NCBI GenBank assembly: GCA_038046345.1
Contig: JBBSWJ010000017.1
Coordinates: forward strand, 1 to 16,926
Source: Nanobdellota archaeon
GTDB taxonomy: Archaea; Nanobdellota; Nanobdellia; SCGC-AAA011-G17; JACPNG01
Length of the DNA: 16,926 bases
Reading direction: 5' to 3'
Shown here: piece by piece, positions 15,622 through 16,926 of the stretch
How positions within the stretch are numbered: the stretch's first letter is position 1
Layout of the letters: the number at the start of each line of letters is the position of its first letter
The notes under the pieces: model-generated
Database searches by the model: none
What the model was told of the DNA's origin: nothing
What the model saw: the letters and a program-made list of their open reading frames with translations, nothing else
Translations under genes and position numbers: made by a program

Positions 15622-16926
15622 ATGAACAAAAGTTTATTATTTATATTAATGTTTTTGTTGATAATAATTTTAGGTTGCTCTCATAAAGATAGTTGTGGGG
15701 ATAATACTTGTCAATTTGCTGAGAAAATATTTGATTCTTGTCCTGCTGATTGCGAAGAAAAAACAGCTGTCAATGTTACTCAACCACAAACAGAGTCTCC
15801 ACCAGAAGAACCACCACCAATAGGGGGGAATACATCTTCAGTGGTTTATTGCGGTGATGGTACTTGTGATGGTGATGAAGACACATTAACTTGTCCGAAA
15901 GATTGTCTTGAAGGTTATATTCCTTCGTGTGGTAATGGTATTTGTGAAGGGAGTCGTAGTGAGTCTGTAAGTACTTGTCCTGCTGACTGTAGGCGAAGTG
16001 GTGGCGGTGGCGGTGGTGGAGGCGGAGGTGGAGGCGGAGGTGGTGGTAGTACTCCAGATCCTGGTACTTCTCCTCCTGCATCTTCGTGTGGTAATGGTGT
16101 TTGTGATTCTGATGAGACTTCGGCATCTTGTCCTGCTGATTGTGTAACTCCGCCAGTTGGGATTCCATGTGGTAATGGTGTTTGTGATTCTGATGAGACT
16201 TCGGCATCTTGTCCTGCTGATTGTGGTGTAGCTGGTGTTTGCGGTGATGGTATTATTAATTTAGCGGAAGACTGTGATGGTACTTCATTAAGTGATGAAA
16301 CATGTGCTTCTCAAAGCCATCCTGGGGGCGGGGTTCTTTCTTGCTATGCTGTAGGTACAGTGAATGAATGTAGGTTTGATATCTCGGTTTGCTGTATTGA
16401 TATTGATGTTGATGGTTATGGTAATAATTGTGATTTAGGTCTTGATTGTGATGATTCTGATGAGTTTGCTAATCCTGGAGCAGTTGAGTTTTGTGATAGT
16501 GTTGACGATGATTGTGATGGAGTCATTGATGATGGTGTGTTATTTACTTTTTATGCTGATGTAGATGGTGATGGTTTTGGTAATTCTGCTTCAACTGTTG
16601 ATGCTTGTTCTGCTCCTGCTGGTTTTACTGATCAGTCTGGTGATTGTGATGATGGTAATGCGTTAGTTAGTCCTGGTGGTGTTGAGGTTTGTGATGGTGC
16701 TGATAATGATTGTGACAGCTCGGTTGATGATGGTGTTTTGTTGAGTTTCTTTACTGATGGTGATGGTGATGGTTATGGTACTGCTCCTAGTATTGATGCT
16801 TGTTCTGCTCCTGCTGGTTTTAGTGCTGTGGGTGGTGATTGTGATGATTCTAATGCTTTAGTTAGTCCTGTTGGTGTTGAGGTTTGTGATGGTGCTGATA
16901 ATGATTGTGACAGCTCGGTTGATGAT
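15622..16926 (+). CDS. Large Cys/Asp-rich surface lipoprotein (5' part; runs off the window)
   Basis: Open frame of 435 codons from ATG 15622 to the window end; signal MNKSLLFILMFLLIIILGC (Cys19); CGNGxCxxxExxxxCPxDC repeats, Gly16 linker, and DCDD..A.VSPG.VEVCDG.DNDCD...DD repeats with D.DGDGFG (MopE-like putative metal-binding motif); TTTAAATA at 15591-15598. Confidence 0.92.
   Translation, partial: MNKSLLFILMFLLIIILGCSHKDSCGDNTCQFAEKIFDSCPADCEEKTAVNVTQPQTESPPEEPPPIGGNTSSVVYCGDGTCDGDEDTLTCPKDCLEGYIPSCGNGICEGSRSESVSTCPADCRRSGGGGGGGGGGGGGGGGSTPDPGTSPPASSCGNGVCDSDETSASCPADCVTPPVGIPCGNGVCDSDETSASCPADCGVAGVCGDGIINLAEDCDGTSLSDETCASQSHPGGGVLSCYAVGTVNECRFDISVCCIDIDVDGYGNNCDLGLDCDDSDEFANPGAVEFCDSVDDDCDGVIDDGVLFTFYADVDGDGFGNSASTVDACSAPAGFTDQSGDCDDGNALVSPGGVEVCDGADNDCDSSVDDGVLLSFFTDGDGDGYGTAPSIDACSAPAGFSAVGGDCDDSNALVSPVGVEVCDGADNDCDSSVDD
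16087..16225 (+). repeat. Intragenic perfect 58 bp direct repeat (period 81 bp)
   Basis: tgtggtaatggtgtttgtgattctgatgagacttcggcatcttgtcctgctgattgtg at 16087 and 16168. Confidence 0.93.
16598..16926 (+). repeat. Intragenic 195 bp (65 aa) repeat units
   Basis: ttgatgcttgttctgctcctgctggtttta at 16598 and 16793; 54 bp identical block at 16678-16731 and 16873-16926. Confidence 0.92.

Noticed and set aside
15776-16207. 143 aa His-rich minus-strand ORF
   Set aside because: Antisense shadow of the GGT/GAT/TGT-rich surface protein gene.
16087-16926. CRISPR-like repeat array
   Set aside because: The repeats are in-frame protein repeats (81 and 195 bp periods) within a long ORF, and there are no cas genes.

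Overview
AT-rich archaeal DNA, most likely DPANN (Woesearchaeota/Nanoarchaeota-like). This is inferred from the archaeal-type ATP-dependent ligase, a TrmBL2-like regulator, TATA-box leaderless promoters and Cys-rich surface proteins. Core genes: nrdR with two tandem NrdR boxes, a class II ribonucleotide reductase, a ferredoxin, a compact PriS-like primase, a degenerate ThiI/THUMP protein, a TrmB-family regulator and DNA ligase. Accessory content: a ~690 bp tandem duplication carrying two archaemetzincin-like peptidases, with breakpoints inside the neighbouring genes; two wHTH-MNT/HEPN modules with candidate operators; a LamG surface protein; and a large Cys/Asp-rich lipoprotein that runs off the right end and is absent from the ORF track. 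The strongest unexplained signal is the fic gene. It is tightly bracketed by two sites of identical geometry (TTGTCCAC-N24-GTGGACAA), nested in a ~48 bp direct repeat and abutting a truncated gene remnant. This resembles a transposase-free mobile cassette or a DNA-looping autoregulated unit. No tRNA, rRNA, CRISPR array, transposase or integrase was recognised. All family assignments are from motif recognition, not database searches.
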